The position numbers and the translations under genes were made by a program. This document shows positions 29,749-40,569 of a DNA stretch of 64,000 nucleotides, one piece after another. This DNA comes from Candidatus Hydrogenedentota bacterium (GTDB lineage Bacteria > Hydrogenedentota > Hydrogenedentia > Hydrogenedentales > SLHB01), in assembly GCA_963745075.1 (NCBI GenBank), contig CAVUWV010000013.1, positions 64,001-128,000 of the forward strand, given 5' to 3'. The number at the start of each line of letters is the position of its first letter. Positions within the stretch are counted from its first letter, which is position 1. Below the pieces are notes generated by a model that worked only from the letters and a program-made list of their open reading frames with translations, did not search any database and was not told the DNA's origin.

Positions 29749-31103
29749 CAGTGCCGATAGATTTTGGCCAACCTGCCGCGGTAATCCGGATGGGCGAGCG
29801 ACACGGCGGCCTGACACGCGGCCAGCGCTACCGACGTATCGGTGCTCTCGATGACCGGCTGACAAACCGGCAGCAGGGCGCGCAGATCTAGTTGGGCAAT
29901 CAGGCTGAGCACGAGATAGTTAATCTGGGGCATGCCGATGCGTAGCAGCTCCTGAAACACGCTGATGTTGGTCCGGTCGCCCGCTTCGATTAGGGCCGCA
30001 GTAGCTTGGGCTCGGTGCGTCAGAACCTCCTGATACGGATCGTATCGTTGCGCCAACCGATCCCGCAGGATCTGCATGGCCTTGGGATCGCCTTCGCGCG
30101 CCAGGATGATCGCTGAATCAAACTCCAGAGACGGTATATTCAACATTTCATCGCGCATCAACTTCGTGCCCAAGGGATCCCCGAGCGCATGGAGAACGCG
30201 AACGATACGAAACCGCGCGCGACCCTCCGCATTCTTCAATTCCGCCTTCAACGGGTCGATGACATCCTGCCCACCCAGCGTGATGAGTGCGTTCGCTGCG
30301 GCATTGGCCTTGTCCTCATTCCGTTCGGTGATTAATTGCAGCAGCGTCGGGATGATCTCGCGATCCCCCAGCCACGCCAGCGCATCCATGGCGGGCACCG
30401 AAATATCCGATGCCCGGTCCTGCAACATCTGATGAAGTTGGGCTTTGCCCGTGGGGTCCTGTGTCAAACCGGCCAACCGCGCCGCGCTCGCCCGAACCAA
30501 CCGGTCGCCGCTGTCGAGTCCTCGCGACACCAACTCCCCGGTCGGCGGAGGAGACCCCGCCAGGACGAGGTGGTGCGCCGCCTCCAGGGCGGTGCGAAGG
30601 TCGTTGCCCGTTGCGAGCGTATCCAGATACTCCAAAGCCATCTGTTTCTGCTCGTCATTACCGCCCACCGCGATGACTTCCGCGGCCATCATGCGAAGCG
30701 GTTGGTTTCCCGCTGTGGCGTCGAAAATCTCGCTCGCGCGCTCCACCGCCCGTTGGACCACCTGCTGCTGTTCGGGCGTGAGCCCCCGGTCCACCAACGG
30801 ATCGAGCCGTTTGACCGTGATGACGCTACCCTGAACCTGAATCTCCTTCACGTCGGAAATCAGGTAATGGTTCAGTTGACCGGATTCCGACTCGACCGAA
30901 AGAATATTGTTGTCAACGCTTTGAATCCTCAGATTTGGATCCTTCGCTCCGGAATCTTTCAAGACTACAGTTACCAGCGTGTCGGTGCCTGCGATGTCCT
31001 TCAGACGCGCACCCTTTCCGCCGACGATCGGAACCTGAGCGCTCGCGACCGTGGCCACGGCCGCAATCACAACGGTTGCCAGCAATTTCCTCGTCACTAT
31101 CAT
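29748..31103 (-). CDS. Secreted HEAT-repeat protein
   Basis: Signal peptide. Repeated helical units (VRASAARLAG, AMDALAWLGD, AANALITLGG). Confidence 0.8.
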   Translation of the reverse strand: MIVTRKLLATVVIAAVATVASAQVPIVGGKGARLKDIAGTDTLVTVVLKDSGAKDPNLRIQSVDNNILSVESESGQLNHYLISDVKEIQVQGSVITVKRLDPLVDRGLTPEQQQVVQRAVERASEIFDATAGNQPLRMMAAEVIAVGGNDEQKQMALEYLDTLATGNDLRTALEAAHHLVLAGSPPPTGELVSRGLDSGDRLVRASAARLAGLTQDPTGKAQLHQMLQDRASDISVPAMDALAWLGDREIIPTLLQLITERNEDKANAAANALITLGGQDVIDPLKAELKNAEGRARFRIVRVLHALGDPLGTKLMRDEMLNIPSLEFDSAIILAREGDPKAMQILRDRLAQRYDPYQEVLTHRAQATAALIEAGDRTNISVFQELLRIGMPQINYLVLSLIAQLDLRALLPVCQPVIESTDTSVALAACQAAVSLAHPDYRGRLAKIYRH

Positions 31104-31131
31104 GGATTCCTCCCGGATTGCGTGTGTTTCG

Positions 31132-32379
31132 CTAGTGCAGTTCCAGATGTTCCTCTCGGATCACGCGGTCCAAAAACTTTCTCGCCGCATCCAGAGAGGG
31201 CACCAGCGGGTTTATCGTTAGCGCTTGAAGTGCGCATTCGTACGACTTGTGCCGAATGGATTCGATGGTAAGGCGGTCGCTTTCCTTGACCGACTGAAAG
31301 AGGCCTTTCAAGAATCGGGGGCAATTCCCGACCTTGCGCGGTTTGATCCCTTTCTTGGAAATCTGCACCGGAATCTCGACGCTGCAGTCATCGCCCAAAT
31401 CCCGGATCGCCCCATTGTTCCGCACGCAGAGGATGGTGTTGGTTTCCTTTTTTCCTTCCAGGGCAACGATCAGCGGAACGATCGTCTCTTCATACCAAAC
31501 CGCATTGCGCGCGCGGGTGAGTTCGGGAACTTCCGAAAGCGATTCGTCCTGGTACAGCTTGAGAATCTGCTGTTCGGCGTGATGCAGCACTTCTGCGCGG
31601 AACCGCGCACACGCTTGTTGCCGTTTGAGGATCTCATCTTGATGGAAATAGAGACTGGTCGTTCTGGTCGGGATCATGCGGAACAACTCGATCAGCGCGT
31701 TGTCGAACCCGTCGTCCTTTTCCGATTCAAGACGCTCCAGGATTCGCGCCATACAACTGCGGCCTTCGGCCTTGACGTCCTGAATCCACCCCATGTGATT
31801 GAGGCCGATGTAGTCGATCGTCAGTTCCGCTATGTCCTGCCGGAGCAGTTCCGCCATCTTCTTCATATAAGCGCCCGGGAGATCGCATACACCCAGGACG
31901 TTCAACTTCGAGTATTTGATCAGGGCCTCGACGCAGACGCCCATGGGATTCGTAAGGTTGATAAACGTCGTATCCGGATTGATCGCTTCGATTCGGGTTG
32001 CCATGTCAAACACGACCGGCAACGTCCGCATGGCGTTTGCGAATCCGCCGGCGCCGAGGCTTTCGTCCCCGATCATTCCCTGTTTCGGCGGCAATTTCTC
32101 GTCGCGCACGCGCGCCTGCATACCGCCCACGCGGATGTGATTCAGCGTGTATTTCGCTCCGGCAACGGCCTCGCTGACGTCCGTCGTCGCAACGATGGTG
32201 GATGGGAATCCGCTCTTGTTCAGCAGCCGTTGGCAGAAACCGGCTACCAGCTTCAGTTTCGGGCCTTCGCGCCCGACGAGCGCGATTTCCTTCACGTTAA
32301 CGTTGTGGGAAATGATGGACAGGATAAGTTCCGGAATGTAAACGCTGCTGCCTCCGAGAATGGCGATACGCTCAATCAC
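31132..32379 (-). CDS. Family 4 glycoside hydrolase (6-phospho-beta-glucosidase-like)
   Basis: IAILGGSSVYIPE, IRVGG..AR..DE, GDESLGAGG, INLTNP, GVCD, GLNH. Confidence 0.9.
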   Translation of the reverse strand: MIERIAILGGSSVYIPELILSIISHNVNVKEIALVGREGPKLKLVAGFCQRLLNKSGFPSTIVATTDVSEAVAGAKYTLNHIRVGGMQARVRDEKLPPKQGMIGDESLGAGGFANAMRTLPVVFDMATRIEAINPDTTFINLTNPMGVCVEALIKYSKLNVLGVCDLPGAYMKKMAELLRQDIAELTIDYIGLNHMGWIQDVKAEGRSCMARILERLESEKDDGFDNALIELFRMIPTRTTSLYFHQDEILKRQQACARFRAEVLHHAEQQILKLYQDESLSEVPELTRARNAVWYEETIVPLIVALEGKKETNTILCVRNNGAIRDLGDDCSVEIPVQISKKGIKPRKVGNCPRFLKGLFQSVKESDRLTIESIRHKSYECALQALTINPLVPSLDAARKFLDRVIREEHLELH

Positions 32380-32401
32380 TTCACAATCCCCTTCATCGCC
32401 T

Positions 32402-33085
32402 TCATACCCGCACAGACTCCAGCATAATGCCGCGGACTGCGTCAAACGCCGACCGCATGGCGATCCGCGACGGTTTGGGCCGGGTGTCCAACGAAACCCT
32501 CCCCGCCCGAATGGCATCGACGATCCCCTTGGGCGTGGGCTCCGCTTCAATCCAGGAAAACGTCGTATCTTCGTATGGCAACTTGTGGGTATCGGAGTTG
32601 CCGACCAGCGTCATTCCGAAGCGTGCGGCGGTGCGTCGAGCCCACCAGTTCGGGTTTAACCCACGCATGTATAGGGAACTCCACTCGATCGCGTCAAACA
32701 AATCGATATTCCGAACCAGATCATGCAGTAGACTGCTCGGCGCAGGGTAATACGGATGGGGTGCGATAAACGCCGCGTCCTTGCGCCCAATCTCACGCAA
32801 TGCATCAAAACTCGTGGCGGCCAAGTGGTCCGCATGGGGATTCAGAATCAATACATGTTTGCGCCCGATGAACTTTTCAATCCCCGGAACGAGCAGGACT
32901 CCGCGACGCCGGGCAAACTCGGAAAGCCGGTCGGTGTAGAGGTTCAAATCGTGGCATGTGATGGCGAGGACGCCAATACCTGCAGCGGCGACCGCGTCGA
33001 TCAACATTTCGGCCGAATACGAAAGCGAATCAAACGGATCATCCGCCGCGTGCGTATGGAGATCGGCTTTGAGGCGCTTCATCAA
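32402..33085 (-). CDS. PHP-domain metal-dependent phosphoesterase
   Basis: DLHTH, AITCHD, PGIE, APHP, GNSDTH. Confidence 0.85.
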   Translation of the reverse strand: MMKRLKADLHTHAADDPFDSLSYSAEMLIDAVAAAGIGVLAITCHDLNLYTDRLSEFARRRGVLLVPGIEKFIGRKHVLILNPHADHLAATSFDALREIGRKDAAFIAPHPYYPAPSSLLHDLVRNIDLFDAIEWSSLYMRGLNPNWWARRTAARFGMTLVGNSDTHKLPYEDTTFSWIEAEPTPKGIVDAIRAGRVSLDTRPKPSRIAMRSAFDAVRGIMLESVRV

Positions 33086-33393
33086 CGCGATACCACTTTT
33101 TCCCTACACGTTCCCGAGACTCAGACGCTAGCGATTCCATTACGGGCATGTCAAACGCGCAACGGGCCAAAAACCGGTCACGGGCGTTCCGCATCGGACC
33201 ACCCGCGAGGCGTCAGCGCTGACCACCCTTAGCCACCCCGAACGGCTAAGGGGTATCATATCAACCGGGCGTCAAGCGGTTCAAAGCAGCACGCTGCCGT
33301 ACAAAGCCGGAACGACTCCAAAACGTTGTTGCGTGGATTGTTCCCAAACAGTGGCAATGCGAGGGAATTGCCTACGCGAACCGCAGCCTTGGC

Positions 33394-33972
33394 TTACACA
33401 ACAAGGTCGTCGGGATCGGACAGGGGGATTCCGTCTTGACATCCCGGGCATTCCGCGGGATCGTAGCTTTTCATCGCCAGGTGGGCGAGCGGCTTGTACG
33501 GGCACTCGAACAGGGCCTCGCCGCCACTCCGGTCGATAAGGACGGAAACGCCGGCGACGCGCGCACCGCGTTCGAGCAGGTGGTCGATCGTTTTCTGCAC
33601 GGAACCTCCCGTGGTCACGATATCTTCCACGACCAACACGTTGGTGCGGGGCTCCAGTTTGAAACCACGGCGGAGCGACATCGTCCGGCCGTTGTCGTCT
33701 TTCTCCGTAAAGACGGCCCGGCAGTCCAACTGGCGGGCCGTCTCGTACGCGAGCAGGATTCCTCCCGTCGCCGGTCCGACGACCAATTCGACATTTTCCT
33801 GGGCCCATTTCTCCGCCATACCCTTACACAATTTCTCGGTGTAGTTCGGGTACTGAAGCACACGGGACGCCTGGAGAAACTGCGATCCGTGGCGGCCGCT
33901 CGCATACACGAAATGGCCTTCCAGCAGCGCGCCGGTCGCGCGGAAAATGTCCACTACCTGTCCCGATGTCAT
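33394..33972 (-). CDS. pyrE: Orotate phosphoribosyltransferase
   Basis: GALLEGHFVYASGRH, VLVVEDIVTTGGS PRPP motif, adjacent to pyrF and pyrD. Confidence 0.95.
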   Translation of the reverse strand: MTSGQVVDIFRATGALLEGHFVYASGRHGSQFLQASRVLQYPNYTEKLCKGMAEKWAQENVELVVGPATGGILLAYETARQLDCRAVFTEKDDNGRTMSLRRGFKLEPRTNVLVVEDIVTTGGSVQKTIDHLLERGARVAGVSVLIDRSGGEALFECPYKPLAHLAMKSYDPAECPGCQDGIPLSDPDDLVV

Positions 33973-34664
33973 GATGCGAGTTCCTTGTTTATGAGTTGGA
34001 CGGCTTCGCCGGGCCGTTCATGTTTGAGTACCGGACGCCCCACCACGATGAAGTCCGCACCGGCCTTCGCGGCGGCCGCCGGCGTGGTGAACCTCGCCTG
34101 GTCGTCTTGACCAGCCCAGTCAGGCCGCACGCCCGGCGTGACCAGCACGGGTTCCGGCCCGATGGTGTCGCGCAAGACTTCAATCTCCAATGGTGACGAC
34201 ACGATGCCATGGGCTCCGGCCTCGACGGCCAAGCGTGCCAGACGTGCCACGGCCTCGCCGGGCGTCTCCGGCAACCCTACCTCGCCGCGAAGCACTTCCT
34301 CGGATACACTCGTCAAAACCGTCACGGCCAAAACACGCGTTTCCGAGCCCTCTACCGCGTCGCGCGCGGCGGCGATCATATGTTTTCCGCCAAGGGCATG
34401 GACGGTGATGAACGCCACGCCAAGATCCGCGGCGGCCTTGGCCGCGTGACCGACCGTGTTTGGGATATCGTGCAGTTTCAAGTCCAAGAAGATGCGCTTA
34501 TCATTGGCCTGGAGATAGCGGGGGAGAGTGGGGCCCGTACGGGAGAACAACTGCAGGCCAATTTTGAACCACTCGCAGCCCGCACACGCATTCACGGCCA
34601 ACAGCGACTCTTCGCGCGTATCCAAGTCGAGCGCTACGATAAGTTGGGTCTTACGATCGGTCAT
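33969..34664 (-). CDS. pyrF: Orotidine-5'-phosphate decarboxylase
   Basis: LIVALD, FLDLKLHDIPNTV, TPGVRP, DQAR, VVGRP. Confidence 0.97.
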   Translation of the reverse strand: MTDRKTQLIVALDLDTREESLLAVNACAGCEWFKIGLQLFSRTGPTLPRYLQANDKRIFLDLKLHDIPNTVGHAAKAAADLGVAFITVHALGGKHMIAAARDAVEGSETRVLAVTVLTSVSEEVLRGEVGLPETPGEAVARLARLAVEAGAHGIVSSPLEIEVLRDTIGPEPVLVTPGVRPDWAGQDDQARFTTPAAAAKAGADFIVVGRPVLKHERPGEAVQLINKELAS

Positions 34665-34667
34665 AAT

Positions 34668-35621
34668 TCATACCTTCATTGCTCCGACGAGGTCGGACAC
34701 GTGGGCGATGCCATGGCGTTTGAGATAGTCTTCCAAATCGCGAAGGACGCGCAGCGCCGCGTCCGGCTGACGAAACGACATGGAACCAACGGATACCGCG
34801 GTCGCACCCGCCAGCAAAAACTCCACCGCGTCGCGGCCGTAGCAGATTCCACCCGTGCCGATGATTGGGATCTTCACCGCACGCGCTGCGTCCCACACCA
34901 TCTTCACCGCGACCGGACGGATCGCCGGTCCGCTCAGACCGCCGACGATGTTGGACAGACGGGGCCGCCGCGTCTCGGCGTCTATGGCCATGCCCAGAAG
35001 GGTGTTAATGAGGCACAACCCATCCGCGCCCGCTTCTTCCGCCGCCCGTGCCGGTTCCTGGATATCGAGCACGTTGGGCGTCAATTTGACGAACAAAGGG
35101 AGTCGCGTCGCGCTGCGTATCGTGCGCGTATACTCCATAACCGCGTCCGGGTTCTGTGAAACGAGAACCGCGCCTTTTGCCTGGCGCGCGTCGTGAACGT
35201 TCGGGCAGGACAGGTTTGCTTCGATGGCATCCGCCGCATTTTCCTCTTCCAGACGCTGCGCGAGCGTGGCGTACTCATCGGGCGAATGCCCGTAAATGTT
35301 ACCAATAATCGTCGCGCCCCGCTCCCGAAGGAAGGGCGCCTTCTCGCGCAGGTACACGTCCAGCCCGACGTTTTGCAGTCCAATCGCGTTGAGCATTCCA
35401 GCGGGCGTTTCCACCAGCCGCGGCGGTTTGTTTCCCGCCCGAACTTTCAGAGAGAGGCTCTTGGTAGTGACTGCGCCCAGCTCGGCTACGTTAAAATACT
35501 GGTTGTATTCCGCACCGTACCCGAACGTGCCCGACGCCACCGTCACGGGATTCTTCATCGATAGCCCGCCGAGATCGATCTCCAGGTTGGGCGCTATCGT
35601 AGTCTCAGCGCTTGGTGACAT
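34668..35621 (-). CDS. pyrD: Dihydroorotate dehydrogenase, family 1B catalytic subunit
   Basis: KNPVTVASGTFGYG, MLNAIGLQN, NLSCPN, KLTPNV, GGLSGPAIRP. Confidence 0.95.
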   Translation of the reverse strand: MSPSAETTIAPNLEIDLGGLSMKNPVTVASGTFGYGAEYNQYFNVAELGAVTTKSLSLKVRAGNKPPRLVETPAGMLNAIGLQNVGLDVYLREKAPFLRERGATIIGNIYGHSPDEYATLAQRLEEENAADAIEANLSCPNVHDARQAKGAVLVSQNPDAVMEYTRTIRSATRLPLFVKLTPNVLDIQEPARAAEEAGADGLCLINTLLGMAIDAETRRPRLSNIVGGLSGPAIRPVAVKMVWDAARAVKIPIIGTGGICYGRDAVEFLLAGATAVSVGSMSFRQPDAALRVLRDLEDYLKRHGIAHVSDLVGAMKV

Positions 35622-35738
35622 GGTATGGCATTACCCCGATGGTTTAACGAGCGGACGTGCACGCGGCGCGATGTCGCCCCATATTGTATCCACCGTACGC
35701 GCGGATTTCGAACCGTCAGCCGGGATGCGTCGGCTCGG

Positions 35739-36296
35739 TCAGGGTTTTGACGGGGCCCCGCCTTTATACGCGACTTCGCCGTCCTCGGATTCGTATTTTG
35801 CGCCATCCGGCAGGAATTCGAGGCGCGCCTCGAAAAATATCCGCTGCACCGCGCCGAGCGATTTGGAGCGGAAATGGCTCGCATCTACGATCCCCTCGTA
35901 GATCGCCCAGCGGTCCGTGTTCTCGCCGAGCACCATCAGCGCGTTGCGGTCCCGGTCGCGGCTGGTTCCGAATTTCTTGTACTCGCCGGTGCGGAGAATG
36001 TCGAGCAGTCCGTTCCGCGTTTCCCACGCGTGGCCGGTTTCGAGAAAGGCGTCGACCAGGTGGGCCCGGGCGGCTCGCGTACGGATCGCCTGTTGCACCG
36101 ACTCCGTATTCACGATGACGCCGTCGCGGTCGGCGATCGAGAAATCGCGGTTTCCATCATGCACCGCCTGTTCGATCTCGCGCGCTACCGCGCGCAACGT
36201 ATCGACGGGCACGTCGGCGTAGTCGGGCTTCATCTGCACAAAGGTGTGACATCCGCACATCCCAACCAGTAGACCGAGAAGAATGACTCGCTTCAC
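35739..36296 (-). CDS. Lipoprotein, YdbL/DUF1318-like
   Basis: GTG start after AGGA/GGAG, lipobox MCG-C, ENTDRWAIYEGI. Confidence 0.6.
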   Translation of the reverse strand: MKRVILLGLLVGMCGCHTFVQMKPDYADVPVDTLRAVAREIEQAVHDGNRDFSIADRDGVIVNTESVQQAIRTRAARAHLVDAFLETGHAWETRNGLLDILRTGEYKKFGTSRDRDRNALMVLGENTDRWAIYEGIVDASHFRSKSLGAVQRIFFEARLEFLPDGAKYESEDGEVAYKGGAPSKP

Positions 36297-36297
36297 G

Positions 36298-37932
36298 TTA
36301 GTTCTCCGTGGAGCCGGCTGCGACGACGCAGTTCTTGCCGCTCCGTTTCGCTTCATACAGTGCCATATCCGCCGCCCGAATGAGCGACTCCCCATCCAGC
36401 ATGTCTTCATGTTTCAGTTCCGAGACTCCGAAGCTCGCCGTCACAATGGAGTTGCTCGGAAGGCCGGAATAGCCGCCCAGCTCGATAGAGGCGCGCACAC
36501 GCTCGGCCTGTGCCATCGCGCCCGCCACTCCCGTCTGCGGCATGACGATGACAAATTCTTCCCCGCCGTAGCGAGCCAGGATGTCACTCCGGCGCGTGGT
36601 GCGGTGCGTGCGGGCCGCAATTTCCCGCAGGATTTCATCGCCTTGGAGATGACCGTATTTGTCGTTGATCATCTTGAAATCGTCAATATCGAAGATGATA
36701 CACGAAAGGGGAAGCCGGTATCGGCGCGCCCGGTCGAAGTCTTCCGCAAAGCGGTCGCGAAAGTGCCGGTGATTGTGGAGGCCGGTCAGTTCATCGGTTA
36801 CCGCCAATCGCTCCAGCCGTTCATTGGCATTCTGCAGGCGTTCCAGGAGATGCGCGCGTTCCAGGGCATTGGACGCGGCTTCCGCCACGATCTCACAGAA
36901 CCCGATCTCACGGCGGCTGAACGGACGGTCCTTGCGCGCCGCCCGGAGGAATAGGGAGCCGACGGTGGCGTCCAAAAGCACGATCGGGACGACCAGCAGC
37001 CCGGCGATTTCCGTGCCCTTCAATCCCTCGCAGCCCGCGGTGAGCGGATCGGTCTGGGCGTCTTCAATGACGACCTTTTCGAAGAGATCCATTGACCGGC
37101 GCAGTTCAGGGTACTTGGCCAATTCGATCACGAGATCCCGTACGCCGGCGTCATCGTGAGAAGCGACCACCTGTCCGCACTCGTCGTTTCCCCAAATCCG
37201 CACGACCGAACACCGATCGACCTGGATTACCCGGGCGATTTGCTCGACGAATATGTACAGCACGTCGTGAGAGCGACGGCGAGAGGAAATCGCCTTCAAA
37301 ATATCAAGCACCGACAGGAGGTCGTCGCGTCCGACGGACTCCGTGGTCTGCTGCGAACTGACGAGCCGCGTGAACATCGTCATCATCCGAGTGACTTGCG
37401 GGGTCCACTGAAGCAATGCGTCCGGTTGGGCGACCGGTAGCCCCTCCGCCTTCTTTTTCCCATCGGCGAGGAGCGCCCGGGCGATACTTTCCACGCTATG
37501 CCGGTCGGCCGTCCAACCGCCGTGGAATGCCGTTGCCGATTCATTTACCTGGCCCAGCATGGCGATGCTCACGGTCGACGAAAGCACCACCAGCACCCGA
37601 TCGTTGAGATCTTGCACGAATGGGCTTTGAACGCCGTCACCTTCCCGATGCCCCGCATGGTCCGCGCCGTCCGGTGTGAACGTAATCACGCGATCGGCCA
37701 GTGCGCGAATTCGGTCCAGATCGCCAATCGTCCGCGCTGTGGACGAGTCGATGCACAGAAGCAGCGAATCGCCTGGTGATCCGGCCAACTGCCGGGCCGA
37801 CTCTGACGCGAAGGCTTCGAAAATCAGGCGAGAATCGATCGGCACCAAAGAATTTGCGTTCGCGGCGGCGGACAAGAGCGAATGGTCCTTCGCATCGCCC
37901 TGGGTCAGCGTATTTGCGGCTTGCTCAAGCAT
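36298..37932 (-). CDS. Sensor (DICT-like + GAF) diguanylate cyclase
   Basis: GAF domain, TDELTGLHN, DIDDFKMINDKYGH, RRSD I-site and GGEEF active site. Confidence 0.92.
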   Translation of the reverse strand: MLEQAANTLTQGDAKDHSLLSAAANANSLVPIDSRLIFEAFASESARQLAGSPGDSLLLCIDSSTARTIGDLDRIRALADRVITFTPDGADHAGHREGDGVQSPFVQDLNDRVLVVLSSTVSIAMLGQVNESATAFHGGWTADRHSVESIARALLADGKKKAEGLPVAQPDALLQWTPQVTRMMTMFTRLVSSQQTTESVGRDDLLSVLDILKAISSRRRSHDVLYIFVEQIARVIQVDRCSVVRIWGNDECGQVVASHDDAGVRDLVIELAKYPELRRSMDLFEKVVIEDAQTDPLTAGCEGLKGTEIAGLLVVPIVLLDATVGSLFLRAARKDRPFSRREIGFCEIVAEAASNALERAHLLERLQNANERLERLAVTDELTGLHNHRHFRDRFAEDFDRARRYRLPLSCIIFDIDDFKMINDKYGHLQGDEILREIAARTHRTTRRSDILARYGGEEFVIVMPQTGVAGAMAQAERVRASIELGGYSGLPSNSIVTASFGVSELKHEDMLDGESLIRAADMALYEAKRSGKNCVVAAGSTEN

Positions 37933-38081
37933 GTAATCCCCGTACTACAATCGACTGCGCGGCGCGCCATTATTCGGCGACCGGCGGTTAATGTCAAGGA
38001 AGTCTGGTGCACGTCCGCATCCGGATTGCGGAGGGAGCCCACACTAGTGCACCTCCGCCCCGAGCACCCGGCAGGCCGCGA

Positions 38082-39320
38082 TCACGATTGGGCGACCGCC
38101 AGCGTATCGATGCTTTCCGGTTCGATCGTCTCCACGACTTGCACGGGGGTGGAACGCACGACCAAGTCGTATAGTTCCTCGACTTCGTCCATGCGAAGCC
38201 GGGCGCACCCGTGGGAGGAGTACTGCCCAACCGTTGCCGGATCGATGGCGCCGTGGATGCCCAAGTCGCTGGGAAGTCCTTCTTGAACCGGCACAAAGGG
38301 CATCCACCGCGTTCCAAGCTCGTTCTTGGGATCGCCCGGAGGAATCGGATCGGCGCCCGGCTTGTACCACGTCGGATCCTTAATTTTGTTGCCGATCTTG
38401 TACTTTCCCAAGGCGGTTTCGTGGCCGGGCATACCGAGTCCCGTGGAATAGCGTTTGAACATCCCGTTGCTGTCCATGAGAAACAGCCTGCGTGTCGACC
38501 GCTCTATCACGATCCGAAAGTCCTTCGGGGTCCACTTCAGCGTTTGTCCCACCTGTAGTGTCGCGTCCGCGTCCAAACTGTTGGCCCGAGTCAGGAGGCC
38601 TTGCGTGGTATTCAACTTGATTCCGATGCTGGTGAGACTATCGCCGGATTCCACCGTATAGACCTTGCTGTCGGGAGTGGCTTGGGGCGCGAAGATGAGT
38701 TCGACGTTTGCTTTCCCCAATGCGTCCAGCGCTTCGTTCCATTCGTCGGAATTCCAGGCAGCGCTTTTGACGGCCTCCGCGTACAGGTCGCGGGCGCCAA
38801 CCGGGTCGCCCTTACGCGCGGCGTTTCGCCCGAGACCGGTCAGGGCCGGCGCCCGATACTCGGAAGGCGCATGGGCCCGGATGTCTTCGTAAACCTGGAG
38901 CGCTTGGTCTACCTGCCCGTCGTCTTCCAAGAACCTGGCATATGCCGCAGCGGCTCGGGGCTGTTCCGGACTGTCGGGAAACGCGGTCGCGGCACGCTTC
39001 AACCGGGCCTGTGCCGAATCCCGGTCACCCTTCGCCAAGTCGAGTTTTGCCAGGAGCATAAGCGCGGGGCCGGCTAAGGTGCCGTCTTTGGACTTTTCCG
39101 CGATGGGCACCAACAGATCGCGCGCTTCCTGGGTATGACCGTCCGCGAGCAGGGTCTGGGCCGTCTCGATATTCGCTTGGGCACTGGCCTCCACGCGTCC
39201 AACGGAGCCGCCACTGCCAAACCAGCGCGTTGCACGGTACACGCCAAAGGCGGCGCCGAAAAGCGCTATGAGAACGACGATTATCTTGAGTAAGCTGGGA
39301 TCTTTTCGGGTTTTGTACAT
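38082..39320 (-). CDS. TPR + LysM + L,D-transpeptidase (YkuD) protein
   Basis: N-terminal TM, TPR-like helices, YTVESGDSL LysM, GIHG...SSHGCARL catalytic motif. Confidence 0.9.
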   Translation of the reverse strand: MYKTRKDPSLLKIIVVLIALFGAAFGVYRATRWFGSGGSVGRVEASAQANIETAQTLLADGHTQEARDLLVPIAEKSKDGTLAGPALMLLAKLDLAKGDRDSAQARLKRAATAFPDSPEQPRAAAAYARFLEDDGQVDQALQVYEDIRAHAPSEYRAPALTGLGRNAARKGDPVGARDLYAEAVKSAAWNSDEWNEALDALGKANVELIFAPQATPDSKVYTVESGDSLTSIGIKLNTTQGLLTRANSLDADATLQVGQTLKWTPKDFRIVIERSTRRLFLMDSNGMFKRYSTGLGMPGHETALGKYKIGNKIKDPTWYKPGADPIPPGDPKNELGTRWMPFVPVQEGLPSDLGIHGAIDPATVGQYSSHGCARLRMDEVEELYDLVVRSTPVQVVETIEPESIDTLAVAQS

Positions 39321-39483
39321 CACGTTTGAAGAAACACGCCCTATATCTTGTGGTGGTTTAGACTGGTTCGTACCAGAATACACCAATGAATGCGTCTACG
39401 CAATACGGAATGATCCGTTTCTTAATGGACAAATTGATGAAAGTACGGCTGCCGCGGGTGAATTCCGCAGTTTTCGCGAATGG

Positions 39484-40452
39484 CTATATGCGAGATTCTG
39501 CGATCCGGGTCAGATCCAGCAAGAGTTCGGTCATCGATTGGTAGCGGCGTTCCGGCTGCCGTCGCAATGCCTTGAGCACAATCCGGTCCAAGGCCGGCGG
39601 AATCTCGGAATTGTGTTTGGAGGGCGGCTCGAATTTGTACTTGCTGCTCTTGATTTGTTTCATGATTTCCCGCGAATCCCGCCCGTTGCACGGATGCTTG
39701 CCCGCGAAGAGTTCGTACATCGTAATGCCGAACGAGAAGATGTCGGAACGCGCGTCCAATCCGCGACCCTTATTGTTGATTTGCTCGGGCGACATGTACG
39801 CCCGGGTACCGCCGCCTTCCCGGATCCATCGGGTCCGCCAGCTCGAGCTGGCCTTGGAAAGCCCGAAGTCGCAAATCTTTACTTGTCTTAAGTCGCGCGA
39901 GAACAAAAAGTTCCCGGGTTTGATGTCGCGATGCACGATGCCACGTTGATGCAGGAAATCCAACCCGTGGCACAGGCGGATGCAGATGTCGATCATCTGC
40001 TGGAGGGTCAAGTCGCGGTCGGTGATGTGCTTGCGCAGATCCGGGCCATCCACGAATTCCATCAACAGGCAACGGCGAATGTTGCCGTCGGCATCTTCCT
40101 GTTCGATGATCTCCTTGTTGTACCGGATGATGCATTCGTGCTTCAGCTCTGCCGCGACGAGGATTTCACGTCCCAGGTAGTCGCGGCGGCGCTTCTTCTT
40201 GTCCAGGTCGAACTGGCGGTCCAGGACCTTGATGGCGACCGTCTGGTCGCGCTTGCGGTCGATCGCCTTGTACACGGTCCCCATCCCGCCCCGGCCGATG
40301 GGGGCGATGATTTCGTAGGGCCCTACGTGCGTCAGTTCCAGTGTCGAGCCGGCCCCATCGATGGCCGCACCAACCGGTTCGGTTTCCCGAAGGACGTCGT
40401 CTTCCCGGCGTTTGCGGCCGAACATTCTCATGATTGCACCTGTCTTAAGCAT
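39484..40452 (-). CDS. Hanks-type Ser/Thr protein kinase (kinase domain only)
   Basis: IGRGGMGTVY, VAIK, HRDIKPGN, DFGL, YMSPEQ, SDIFSFG. Confidence 0.95.
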   Translation of the reverse strand: MLKTGAIMRMFGRKRREDDVLRETEPVGAAIDGAGSTLELTHVGPYEIIAPIGRGGMGTVYKAIDRKRDQTVAIKVLDRQFDLDKKKRRRDYLGREILVAAELKHECIIRYNKEIIEQEDADGNIRRCLLMEFVDGPDLRKHITDRDLTLQQMIDICIRLCHGLDFLHQRGIVHRDIKPGNFLFSRDLRQVKICDFGLSKASSSWRTRWIREGGGTRAYMSPEQINNKGRGLDARSDIFSFGITMYELFAGKHPCNGRDSREIMKQIKSSKYKFEPPSKHNSEIPPALDRIVLKALRRQPERRYQSMTELLLDLTRIAESRI

Positions 40453-40569
40453 CGATGATTCCTACCACTCCCAGCTAAACACTCGGGTTTGTCTGTCATG
40501 CACCAATTGGACACATTACTGCCTTGTCGGCAGCGTTCGTCCTTCCCCTGGCAATGAGCCTGACCGAAG

